Below, in pieces: positions 45,846-56,500 of a stretch of DNA of 64,000 bases (the stretch's first letter is position 1; every line of letters begins with the position of its first letter). The stretch lies in NCBI GenBank assembly GCA_023898585.1, contig CP060229.1, positions 854,587 through 918,586 on the forward strand, written 5' to 3'. Below the pieces are notes generated by a model. The model worked only from the letters and a program-made list of their open reading frames with translations. It was not told the origin of the DNA and searched no databases. The DNA comes from Candidatus Nomurabacteria bacterium (GTDB taxonomy: Bacteria; Patescibacteriota; Minisyncoccia; Phycocordibacterales; UBA918). The position numbers were made by a program, and so were the translations under genes.

Positions 45846-45949
45846 ATTCTTTTCATTATATTAAAACTTCAAACAGTGCTTTTTGATCGCTTGCATCATA
45901 TCAGAACAAAGCAATATTCTCCAGTTTTAGTCTTCACTTTTGGAATTGA

Positions 45950-45980
45950 AAAACCGTTGCAATCTTTTGCAACGGTTTTT
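45950..45980. terminator. Rho-independent terminator (bidirectional-capable)
   Basis: aaaaccgttgcaa-tctt-ttgcaacggttttt: 11-bp perfect stem flanked by an A-run and a T-run. Confidence 0.65.
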
Positions 45981-45987
45981 GTGGTTC

Positions 45988-46668
45988 TTAACACAGATTA
46001 TTCTTGAACGAGGCGAGGTAATCGATTTTAACTGCCTCGAACTTGTTTTTTCCGTGACTGAATATTTTGTCTGAGATCTTTTCTGTCGCCACAAAAGACT
46101 TTAGCCTGATATGGAGGCAGACGTAGATCATGGCGTACACATATCTGTAGCCTTCACAGAATGTCCACTGTAAGACTCCCAGACTGAGAATCCTTAGGAG
46201 TCTTTCTCGCATTGTCTTAGACTGACCTCTGATGTCAATACAGAAGCGAGAAAGTTCAACACTGCCAGCCGGCACCAAATCTACCGCTTCCTGAACCGGT
46301 AGTTTCTTGCCTTTAGGAAGACGGTCTGAGTGTATGACTCTACAGCCACCCACCACTTTTCCGTTCAACACCAAAACCAGATAAGTAGAATAATTACTAC
46401 TGTCATAGTAGTCAAAATTCACTTTCTCCCAGTCCTGGTGCTTTTCGAGATAGTAATGCTTTCTTATCTCGAAGTACTTCTCTTTGAAATAGTTTGCAAT
46501 TTGTAAATCGTTGAGGATATACACCTCAATCAAATCCTCTTCATTTTTGTATCGCAACGAAATGAAGGGGAATAATTTTTCTTCAAGTTGCGGAACTAGT
46601 TTCAGACCTGGCTGATGCTCTGAACTTCTTACTGGTAACTGATACTGTTGTTGCAGTGCGTTTTGCAT
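45988..46668 (-). CDS. LuxI / N-acyl amino acid synthase (PF00765/PF13444-like) family acyltransferase
   Basis: 226 aa; matches autoinducer-synthase-family landmarks in order: R..YY....DWE, FDYYD, YLVLVLNGKVVGGCRVIHSD, and VELSRFCI (the E-x-SRF motif). No LuxR-type gene nearby. Confidence 0.45.
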   Translation of the reverse strand: MQNALQQQYQLPVRSSEHQPGLKLVPQLEEKLFPFISLRYKNEEDLIEVYILNDLQIANYFKEKYFEIRKHYYLEKHQDWEKVNFDYYDSSNYSTYLVLVLNGKVVGGCRVIHSDRLPKGKKLPVQEAVDLVPAGSVELSRFCIDIRGQSKTMRERLLRILSLGVLQWTFCEGYRYVYAMIYVCLHIRLKSFVATEKISDKIFSHGKNKFEAVKIDYLASFKNNLC

Positions 46669-46797
46669 TTTACACCTCCGGTGTATTCAGTGCCGACAGG
46701 CACTATGCTCATCACCTGTCAGCGACAGTAATTGAATCTTTTCCTTTCAGTGGTTCAAGAAAGGCAATATAAAAGTACCTGCTGGTAAGATAGCACA

Positions 46798-46818
46798 TTA
46801 TTGACAGACTGTCAATAA
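46798..46818. promoter_or_regulatory. Perfect 21-bp palindrome ttattgacag-a-ctgtcaataa (candidate operator)
   Basis: Located ~130 bp upstream of the LuxI-like gene start and 20 bp past the thioredoxin stop. No U-tract, so it is unlikely to be a terminator. Confidence 0.35.
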
Positions 46819-46836
46819 TAAGCTTGAAATTATTTA

Positions 46837-47406
46837 CTATTCATTATTTTGTGGGACAGCTAAAGCTTTATCTAAATATTTATGCATTTCGGCTGGTGTC
46901 AATTCTCCGTGTTGGTGATGTACAATTTCTCCGTTACGGTCATAAAAGAGAGTTTCGGGCATAGTATACCCCCCTATCGATTTGTAGTATTTGTCTGAAG
47001 CGTCTAAAACCAGCAATATTTTCTCTTCCGCATTTATGAATTTAAGAAAACTTTGAGCCGTAGTTCCTGGTTCTGCCCGGTTTATACCGATTACCTTAAC
47101 ACCCTCGTTTTTATATTTTTCGTACAATTCCGTTAACTCTTTCATCTCACTTACACATGCCGGACACCAGCTAGCCCATGAATTGACAATCAAAACTTCA
47201 CCCACAAAATCAGACAAAATGACTAGATTACCGTTCAAATCTGTGTAAGTAGCAAGCGGGTCGTTCTCTAATGATTGCTGAGCTGGACTTACTTCTTCGG
47301 TCGCCTCATTGTTCTTTTTTACAACTGTCCACGTGTAAAAAACAACACTGATCGTTACCAGCGCTATAGTCGTGATCGTTAGAACGTTGTCTTTGCTTAA
47401 CTGCAC
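46837..47406 (-). CDS. TlpA/ResA-like thiol-disulfide oxidoreductase (membrane-anchored thioredoxin fold)
   Basis: 189 aa; N-terminal TM; WCPAC active site (VNSWASWCPACVSEMKEL). Confidence 0.7.
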   Translation of the reverse strand: MQLSKDNVLTITTIALVTISVVFYTWTVVKKNNEATEEVSPAQQSLENDPLATYTDLNGNLVILSDFVGEVLIVNSWASWCPACVSEMKELTELYEKYKNEGVKVIGINRAEPGTTAQSFLKFINAEEKILLVLDASDKYYKSIGGYTMPETLFYDRNGEIVHHQHGELTPAEMHKYLDKALAVPQNNE

Positions 47407-47415
47407 AAAAAAATT

Positions 47416-47922
47416 TTAACCTTTTATGAACAACTCAAATTCGTCCGGTGATTCACCTTCGCTGGCAGGAATTAAATTCAGTTCAATATTTCTTCCCATG
47501 AAAAGGGCAGAAAATGTAGCACTGTCTGATGCGCTTGCTTCCACTTTAAAGCGTTGCGCTGTTACAACCTGTACGCAAGTGTCCGAGTTGTTGATTACGT
47601 CGAAATTGATAACCACTCTCTCCGGGTAGGATTCTTGAATCGTTGCTTTTGCTTCTAAGAGGTCACAAGGAGTTGGAAAATTTATCTCACCAACCAAAGT
47701 ATGGACACCATCAATAAAGTAGTGCTTGGCATCAACGCGAGTAATATCAGGGTATTTGTTTGAATCTTCGATTTTTTCAATCGGGGTCACATCGACTGGT
47801 GCTTCTTGCTGTATTTCTCCCTTTTTCAAGTGTGCATATATAAACATCCCAACTACCAAAAGAGCAAATAGTGTAACCACTAAAATAATTGATTTTTGAC
47901 TCATAAGTATTGTATTAGCCAT
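47416..47922 (-). CDS. Hypothetical membrane-anchored protein
   Basis: 168 aa; N-terminal TM (IILVVTLFALLVVGMFIYAHL) and a beta-rich ectodomain. Confidence 0.4.
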   Translation of the reverse strand: MANTILMSQKSIILVVTLFALLVVGMFIYAHLKKGEIQQEAPVDVTPIEKIEDSNKYPDITRVDAKHYFIDGVHTLVGEINFPTPCDLLEAKATIQESYPERVVINFDVINNSDTCVQVVTAQRFKVEASASDSATFSALFMGRNIELNLIPASEGESPDEFELFIKG

Positions 47923-47939
47923 TAAACCTCTCCTTACAG

Positions 47940-49607
47940 TTATTGTACAATATTTACGATATCTTTGCCTACATAAATTGATATTTGAGCTTTGGATTCG
48001 GACAGTCCGCTATACGATGACAACAAGGCGCCTTCCAAGATATTACTTAGAGTCAGAGCTTGATCTTCGAGGCCTGGTTCGAAAACGATTATGGTATTGT
48101 TCTCCTTAGTTTCCAAATCGTTAGACATTGACACTATTTCATAACCCATATTTTCAAGATAGATACGTAGTGAGGCGGCAAGGCCATTGATGCCACTGCG
48201 GTTTACGATTTTTATTTGCGGAAGTTCAGGATTTGTAGCTACTTTTTCTTTTTCGCCCTGTACGAGTTTTTGGTAAGCTGTATCTTCCGAAGTTATCTTT
48301 ACCCCCTCACCTACCCCTTCAAAAGTGACTTCATATGGTCGCTCCGGTGTGGATGCAGATTTTACGTACCAAACAACAGCAGAGATAAATAAAATTGCCC
48401 CAAGCAAAGCTAGGAAGAAAAATTTGTAATTTGAGACGAAGCCGGCCACAGTTTTTAAACGATCTGTGTTTGTGGTTGTGTGTTGTAGTCGACCCCTCAA
48501 ATCTAACATGCCGGCTTCAATCGGGGCCACCACCGACAGTCTGGCCTTTTGATTATTCGAAATCATTTTACCGCTAAACTGCTGACTGGAATTAAGACCA
48601 GCCAGGTTTAGCATTTTTCTTATGTAGAGTTTAACAGCCCAGGTAAATAAATAAGCAAAGCCGAGCAGAACCAATATTACCGCGCCCATTATTTTCCAAG
48701 GTATTACCCAAAATGCAGTTTCACTGTTAACAAACTGTCTTTCCTTATCTCCGTAACCGATGGTGGCTATGGCTGTATATCTACCAATGTCTGCCATAGA
48801 CCACTTTCCAGTCCAAGTGAAAGTAAACATCCTAATGCTTTCCGGAAGCACGTTACCAAACATGGTTGAGCGGTTGATAGGGATAACTCCGCGCTCTTGA
48901 CCCCACATGTTAAGTATTTTTATATCCCCTTGTGGCTGAATATGGACATTGCCTTTGTTTTCAAAACGCAGTTCAAAAGTTGCTTCCGGTTTTTCTAAGA
49001 TGGCTGATGTGGTGCGAAATGATCTTATATTGCCAGATTCGACTACGTCGCCGGTAACACGCAAAAAGACCAGAGAGGTTACAATCTGTGACGTTTTTAC
49101 CTCAGGAACTCCGGTTTCATTTGCTGGAGGTTTTGTTCCAATCAATACAGCCGCGAAGTGACCTCCAGGCGAGGCGTCCTCAGGGACTTTGATAGTAAAA
49201 TCAAGTTTATGAGTCTGTTCAGGCGGAATAATAATTTCACTTTCCGGAATACTTATCCATTCAGCGATTGTTTGACCTTTGCTTTCTTCTTCTATTATAG
49301 GGACGAATTTACCCTGCCCATCTTCACCTTGTGGAGCAAAGTTGACAGCATTGGCAAAAATAGTAATTGGGTATGAGTTTGAGTTCACTACACGAATTGA
49401 GCTACTCCATTCCTGTCCCGGGTTGGCTGACATTTCGAATAAGGTCGGAGAAACTGTGAGCGATAAAGCACTTTGAGCAAACGTTATGGCCGGCAAAAGC
49501 GACATTAAGAAAATACCTGAAAACAAATATAGGTGCGCTTTATTGGGTTTTGTTTTTGAGATCGATATCATGTTCCTTGGGATTTTGTGTATGACCTTCA
49601 CGGACAT
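47940..49607 (-). CDS. DUF916-like cell-surface protein with internal TM pair and C-terminal LytR_C-like domain
   Basis: 555 aa; signal peptide; N-domain SLTVSPTLFEMSANPGQEWSSSIRVVNSNSYPITIFANAVNF (DUF916-like pattern SP....E....PGQ....I.V.N.S); two TM helices; C-terminal PQIKIVNRSGINGLAASLRIYLENMGYEIV... resembles LytR_C. Confidence 0.45.
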   Translation of the reverse strand: MSVKVIHKIPRNMISISKTKPNKAHLYLFSGIFLMSLLPAITFAQSALSLTVSPTLFEMSANPGQEWSSSIRVVNSNSYPITIFANAVNFAPQGEDGQGKFVPIIEEESKGQTIAEWISIPESEIIIPPEQTHKLDFTIKVPEDASPGGHFAAVLIGTKPPANETGVPEVKTSQIVTSLVFLRVTGDVVESGNIRSFRTTSAILEKPEATFELRFENKGNVHIQPQGDIKILNMWGQERGVIPINRSTMFGNVLPESIRMFTFTWTGKWSMADIGRYTAIATIGYGDKERQFVNSETAFWVIPWKIMGAVILVLLGFAYLFTWAVKLYIRKMLNLAGLNSSQQFSGKMISNNQKARLSVVAPIEAGMLDLRGRLQHTTTNTDRLKTVAGFVSNYKFFFLALLGAILFISAVVWYVKSASTPERPYEVTFEGVGEGVKITSEDTAYQKLVQGEKEKVATNPELPQIKIVNRSGINGLAASLRIYLENMGYEIVSMSNDLETKENNTIIVFEPGLEDQALTLSNILEGALLSSYSGLSESKAQISIYVGKDIVNIVQ

Positions 49608-50553
49608 ACATTAAGACTTCTTCACCGTCCTCATCATTGTAATTGTCTCGCGAAAATGTTCTTCTAAGCAATAACGTAACCAGTATTACCACGATTAAGA
49701 TACCGCCAAATATCGTTACCAGCAAATGTATCGGCATCATGTAAAAAAAAGTTGTGTCGTGCAACGACGCCCCCATGTTCTTTCCGTATTGTAATGATAC
49801 ATTGGCTTTGAATCGACCCAACTTGTCATCTATCGGCACTTCGCTGGTTAGAGTAACTGTTTCGCCCGGTTCGATCACTTTAGCTTCGCTGTTTACTTGA
49901 ACTGAGCCGATTTCTGAGCCTCTAGAATCATAAAAAATAACTTCACCACTCGGAGCAGACGGTATGTCCCCTAAGTTCTCTACCACTATACTAATTTTCT
50001 TTTTGTCATCGTCTGTGATGAATCTATCCACCAAAAACCCAGCTATCTTCATGCTGTCTGCTCGTTGATCAGCAACTGTTATTTTTACAACAACACCATC
50101 AGCTTCGCCTTTCATAGCAATATCTTCCGCGATGTCTCGATTTTTTGCCGGTACAAAACCGATAAACGCGTGGTACTCCCCAGGTTTAGCGAGTGGGTTG
50201 ATTCTGAAGGTCACCGGTATCTCCTTTTTGTCTCCCGGCAGAATTTCGATTCTGCCTCTTGTTACTTCTATCCAGCTGGTAATTGTATTGGTTCTGTCTG
50301 TCATGACCGGAGTAACAAATTCCTTAATTTCACCTTTTGTGTCCACGGAAATTTCGTTAACCGTGGCGTAGACAACATATTTTGTGAATTTGCTTTCGTT
50401 AGTCAACAAAACCGTCTCTTCGATGATGTCTCGCGGTCCGGCTACTTTATCCATCAAAAAAGGTCGGACTGAGTACTCGGACGCCGAGGAAAATGCCGGC
50501 GGGATAAAAATGGTCAGCAAGAATAAAAGTTTTATAGCAAAATGTCTTTTCAC
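49540..50553 (-). CDS. DUF916-like cell-surface protein with C-terminal TM anchor
   Basis: 337 aa; signal peptide; YSVRPFLMDKVAGPRDIIEETVLLTNESKFTKYVVYATVNEISVDTKGEIKEF (DUF916-like); a C-terminal TM (LLVTIFGGILIVVILVTLLL) and an acidic cytoplasmic tail, the same topology as Gram-positive CscA-type proteins. Confidence 0.45.
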   Translation of the reverse strand: MKRHFAIKLLFLLTIFIPPAFSSASEYSVRPFLMDKVAGPRDIIEETVLLTNESKFTKYVVYATVNEISVDTKGEIKEFVTPVMTDRTNTITSWIEVTRGRIEILPGDKKEIPVTFRINPLAKPGEYHAFIGFVPAKNRDIAEDIAMKGEADGVVVKITVADQRADSMKIAGFLVDRFITDDDKKKISIVVENLGDIPSAPSGEVIFYDSRGSEIGSVQVNSEAKVIEPGETVTLTSEVPIDDKLGRFKANVSLQYGKNMGASLHDTTFFYMMPIHLLVTIFGGILIVVILVTLLLRRTFSRDNYNDEDGEEVLMYVREGHTQNPKEHDIDLKNKTQ

Positions 50554-50569
50554 AGAAGTAATATACCAT

Positions 50570-53500
50570 TTAAAATACCGGTACCGCTACATAGGTTATT
50601 GTTGTAGTGTAGTCACCAGCCGGCTGAAGCTCTCTGGCTTTGATTCTGTATATGATGTTTTCTACGTCGACTGAGGCTATGGAACTGTACATTATTTCAT
50701 CCAATGAAGTACTGAGAGAAGCGTACGAATCAAGTGGAGCAAACCTGGCCGAGCCACCTTCGAGTGTAGCGTCGGTGGTGTGGTAGCCGGAACAACTAAT
50801 CGCACCTCCTGTGCATCCAGTAGACCAACCGACCGGTGATGCGTTTGTGCCGGTTATCGGTATGATTTGGTTTCCATAGGAATCAAGTAGTTGCTGATCC
50901 ACATACTTAAAGACCTGATAACCTTCGATCGCGTTAGTATCGACAGTAATTTGCTGTGCCACTTCAACATCGGTATCAAGAGGCAGTGACCCGAAATCGA
51001 CAGAAGTTGCCGTCGTGGTAGCGTCTGTCGTTATTCCTGCTATCGAAGTGTTGGCGTCGACACCATCGATGGTAAAAGTAAGAGAGGCACTTTCTCCAGC
51101 CAGGCTGGGGTTTGAAGTACTCGCGAAGACCACTTCGTTATTAGCAAGATCATACAGTCTGAAGTGATAAACCCTGCCGTAATTACGTTCCACATTGGTG
51201 TACTTAAGAGCAAACTCGTATTCCGTCTTATCTCCTCCATTATGTGTGAAGCCGTTGTAGTAATAAGAACTTTCATTATGAGTGCCACATCCGGCCCCGA
51301 CACTTGCCACGCAACTATCAGAATCGGAAAGTACCGCCGTTGTAATTACTTCATTGTCAACTCCTCCACCATCTTCATAACACCAAACTGAACTGGCCAC
51401 ACACGAAGATGTGGCGACAACATCTTGAGCATCACTGAAATCAGCCTGTTCAGCAAACTGTATTTTGAATCGAGCATTCACTTGGGTCAAGTTCTTTATC
51501 TCGTCCAAAGTGACTCTCAACTTAACCGAGTCGTCTTTTAAAACATTGGTTGGAGCTATGTTCTCCGGTGCTAGATCAACGGTTGGTGTTTCGTTTGTCT
51601 CATCGCCGTACCAACGCCAGGAAGTGATGACCGGTGTGTAACCTTCTGTCCTTATTTCAGGGTAATAAAGATAACCATCGAGTGGAGTGTCGTCAGACTT
51701 AATCATGCGAAAACAGTAAGTGGTTCTTTGTGCGGCTCCGTTTTGCTCAATTAACCAATCGTATTCAACATCTTCACCATCATAAACCGGATACTGATTG
51801 GCTAACGACGGGTTGTTTTCGGTGTAGCGCCCGGCACGATCTGATATTGAAATTAGCAAATCGCCTCCGGTTGGCGGATTGCCCGAAAGTGAAACACCGT
51901 CTGTGATTCCTGGCGCATCGTATCCTCTCCAAATCGCACCACTTCCAACTGAACCGACATCAGTCCATGAGACAACTGCCGAGCAAGTTGTGCTTCTAAC
52001 AGCGTATTGCAATTTTGTCGTCACCAGACCAGCGGGTAAAGTAGCATTACTTACTTTCAAACTCATTCTTATGCGGATTCTGTCACCATCAGCCAGTGGT
52101 GCATCAAGCGCCCCAATGGAAGTATTCTCTCCAAGATTGTCAATTCCCGGTGGCCATGGATCAGTCGGTTTCAAAGCGTCGTTATCCACATAAAAACGAT
52201 AGTAATTTTGTCGCACTGCGAGGTCTGCGGCTGGCCATTGAACAACCTCGGTTCGGTAAGCTAATACTTGACCGGTGTCACTACGCCACAATTCATAGGT
52301 GCTGGTCGACATTATAGTAGCTCCGGCTATCATTCTTGGATAATTATTTCCCGTTCCGGTAACGGACGTAGTCAAAAATATGGATGCGTTATTGGTTGCA
52401 TTGAGAGGCGTCGGGATGTTAACCGAGATACTAAGTGGCTCTGAACCGCCGGTTGTGTTTCCATTACTTCTTTGTACGAGCATTTCTCCGGTACTGGTCT
52501 GGGTGTTTTCGATAATCCAGGCTACAGAAACGTGATTGGAGGTAAGTAGAGCTTGCGGTTCCAAAAGAAATGACACAGCGCCAATACTCGATAGCCATAC
52601 TTCATGACCGAAGTCGGCCAAGCCAAGACTACTGGCGTATCGTTTTTGCGAATGAATGAAAGTGCGAGCTAGGCTATTAACGGCGGTTATGTTTTCAGTC
52701 TCCGTCACTCCGACCGCTGAATAAGAATGCTCAACTCTCTGCACTTTCCAATTTAGTCCCACGAATTCAACTACAGCGTAACTCACGTAACCATCATTAG
52801 CTCCGGTGTCATTACGAGTAAAGACCGGTTCATTTGTTGAAGATGACCAAGAAGCGGTCGACTGATGCCCGTAGCCTTCAGATCGGTTACCGCCGGTGTG
52901 TTGTTGTCCTGTAATAAAGACAACAATGTCGCTGTCATCAACTACGGTTGAAACTGCGGTACCTGTCCCTATAGTATCCGCCACACCATAATTTATAAGA
53001 CTTTGACTTCTAACGAAAATTTCGTTATCTCCACCCGGTGGACCAATATATTCAACAATCTCCCAAGCTACATAAGTATTATTTATAGAGTCACTGTCTC
53101 TCGCAATCGTGAAACTCGTTTCTATATTCCAAGGGTTAGAAATATAAGCGGCATAGTCGTCGGTGTTTTGGTTCCCTCCATTAGAGTCTTTACCAGCACC
53201 TGTGTAATGTGAATTCGTGATCCTAACAAAGGCACTCGTTGAGGCACTCGGTGCGACATAATCTGTACCGGCTGTTAATGTGACACCAGAGCCACTCACT
53301 ATATTGACTCCCCGCTGAATTTTAAAATCTCTTCTTGCTTCTATCGACACTTCAGCGTACTGGTCGTACTGCAAGAGAGGATCACCATTTTGAGTTGCTC
53401 TAAAACAAAAAGTAGTTTCGTAAGGCGTGTCGTTTGTAGTTGTAATGGCATACTCAAGATCAACGTACTGAGTCTGCGTTAAGGTGGTGGTAGCTGAAAA

Positions 53501-56500
53501 TGATTCAGTATCTCGAACGCCACCGTTTGAACCTAAGAAGGTTTTTCCACCCGGGTTGCTTACTCCACCGTTTGCCACAGCTATGTCAGTCGTGGTTTCA
53601 CCGTTGGTGAGATTGGGAGAATCGTACATATCCCAGGAAATTCCTCCACCGTCTGCATCGCTCCAAACCGCAATCGCTTCGCAAGTGGTAACTTTAATAC
53701 CATATTCGAGGCCGTATTTGTGAGGAATTGAGCTGGTTGAGCCCTCGTTCGAAAGACCCAGCCTCAATCGAATTGAGCTGTTTTTACCAAAATCTAGCAA
53801 AGGGGTGTCTTCCGACCCTCCGGTAGCTGAAGTGGCCCCAGTCTCGTTTCCGTCGTCGTTTCGCCAGTGATAATGTATTTGCGTAACAATTCCACCGGAG
53901 AGCGTGGTTGAGCTAGTTATGTCGAGAGCGGTTGATGGAGCGACTGAACCTCCGTCTGTGACCAAAACATCGGACGATCCTGAATTGATGATAATGTTAA
54001 GAGTTTCACCATTGTTAGCTGTGTTAGTAACATCAAGGACTGGATATACGCACATCGCCTGGGTAGTTGTGATGCCAACCGAGCCGGTAAAAGTGGCAGT
54101 TCCGTCAGGACCACTAAAAGAGGAGAAAGCACTTCCGAATTGCGAGTCAGATATGGAAAAAGTTTCGCTGGCACAATCGTATGGAGAGCTGGTATCAAGA
54201 TCGTAGTAAAGTCTGATATTTTCCACTCCACTTGTGCCGTCAACAGTGCCGTTCTCGGTAATAGTTATACTTGTTACATTTCGTGATGAATTGTTTTCTT
54301 TTATAACAAAAGCTCCACCAACATGAAAATCGGCTGTCGGTATATCGACCGTGGCGTACTGCGTGCTAGTGGCACTTACTCGTACATCAGCAGCGATCGT
54401 AGCCTTGGGGTAATTGGTATATGCTGGCAACTCTTCGCCATTGTTTGTTAGTCGAAAGCAATAGGTATTACCTTCGGTAGCTGAGGTGGAAGCGATTATT
54501 GAAAACTCCACTTCTGTCCAGTTAGTAGGTAAAAATGTCAGTGGACCAAGTGTGGAAGAAGTATCACGTAGTCCACCATTGGGGGTCAACAAAACAGTAT
54601 TCTCATTTGTCACACCACCGATACCAACACTAATGTCCGTCGAGTTCGACCCGTCTGTTAAAAATGTCGAATCATACATGTTCCAATCGTCATCAGTGGC
54701 TCCGACATCTGTCCAGCCGGTCGCAACATCACAAGTTGCGGTGTTAAGCGCGTACTCAAGTCTTAATGTGGTTGGAAAAGATGAAGTTGAACCTTCATTG
54801 GAAATACCGAGTCGCAATCTCCTTGGTGTGTCTTGCTGGAGCGCAGTCAATGAAGTGTCTTCTATCCCACCAGTCCTAGATGTGGCACCGGTTTCGTTAC
54901 CATTATCATTTCGCCAATGGAAGTGAGTTTGAGTAAGATCTGAATCGAGTATATTTGTTGTTCCGGACAAAACCTGCACCGTATCAGGAACGGCAGTCAC
55001 CGACCCTGATACAAGAACATCTGTTGCCGGATTGGAAATTTCAATTTCCATATTACTTCCGTCAACCGCCGATTTGAGAACGTCCAACACAACATAAACG
55101 CACATTGACTGTGTTGGCGAAATACTGACGGAGCCAGTGAAAGCTGAAGTTCCGTCTGCACCAGAAAAACCGTTGGCATCAGTACTACCAAATTGTGACT
55201 CAGAGCCGGAGTATGATTCGCTCGCGCAGTCGTAGGGAGAACTGGTGTCAAGGTCGTACTTCAACTTTATATTATTCAAGCCACTTGAAGCATCTACCGT
55301 ACCGTTTTCTGTAATCTGAATATTGGTGACGTTTCGTGCTTCAGTAAACTCTCGAATTACGAATTGCCCACCCACATACTGATCGGTGGTACTTGCTCTC
55401 ATTGTCGTTGCTTGTGTGCCGGAAGCAGACACAACGGTTTTAGGGGAGAGGTCAGCAACTGTATCGCCGAACACATCATCAACGTTAGCTTCAAACCATG
55501 ACAAAAATAATCTTTGAATTGACGAGTAATTAAATGAAACCCCGTACATATCACCGGAAACAGTATTGACAGGACCTTGTTCAGCGCCCCAACTGGTCAT
55601 GGCGGAGGTCGACGTTGCCCAATACACGTTAGCTGTAGATGCACTGTTAATGGTGGTACGGGCAGAATAAGCAACGTAGACGGTCTCTGTATTTTCATCA
55701 ATTGTAAGGGAAACGGATGTTAAACCACGGGTATCGTTGGTAATGATGTCGGGTAGATTTGACCAAGAACCACCTGAATATTTCGCTACTCTAATATCGT
55801 GGTCAGCGGTAGTGAAGGTGTTAGCATCAGCGATATAAGCAAGGAAAACATCTCCGGAAACTGGGCTCCTTACCGCCGACATTTGGAAATCGTAGGTTGA
55901 GCTTTCAACGGCATTCGCATCAATAGTAAGCCAGTTTGTGTCCCAACTTGTGCCATTCCATACCTTGGAACGCATGTCGTTGGCACTAATATCACGATTG
56001 ATGAGAAGTATGTTTCCACTGTCTAGAGGTAGGAGCATAGTAGCATCTTCATCAGCGTCCATGAATGTGCCATCGCCAACTTCAACCCAGTTCGTTGCTG
56101 TGCCACAGGTAGCAGAACAAGAAACAACAAAGCGATCGCCATTGTCAGACACTGATATATAAAGGATCCCGTTTGTACCTTTTGTTAGAGAATGATTAGC
56201 CGTAGCAGCACTTAGTGACATTGGACTTTGGCTCAGTACAGCACTTACAGGACTTGAGCCGAGCAACAAAGTATCACTAGACACATCAAGACGATTGTAC
56301 CAAATATCATCGTCACCCGAATCCATCGTGGCGATGTGTATGTAGGATCCAGTATCACCCGGTGTCCACTGATCGTACCAAACAACAATTGCTTGACAGT
56401 CGGTCTGTGAATCCACAAGTACCTGTGTCCCCCATGTCGCCCCACCGTCTGTAGTTTTCTTGTAGACACAAGTGCCGTTTGTTCCAGTTCCTCCGACACC

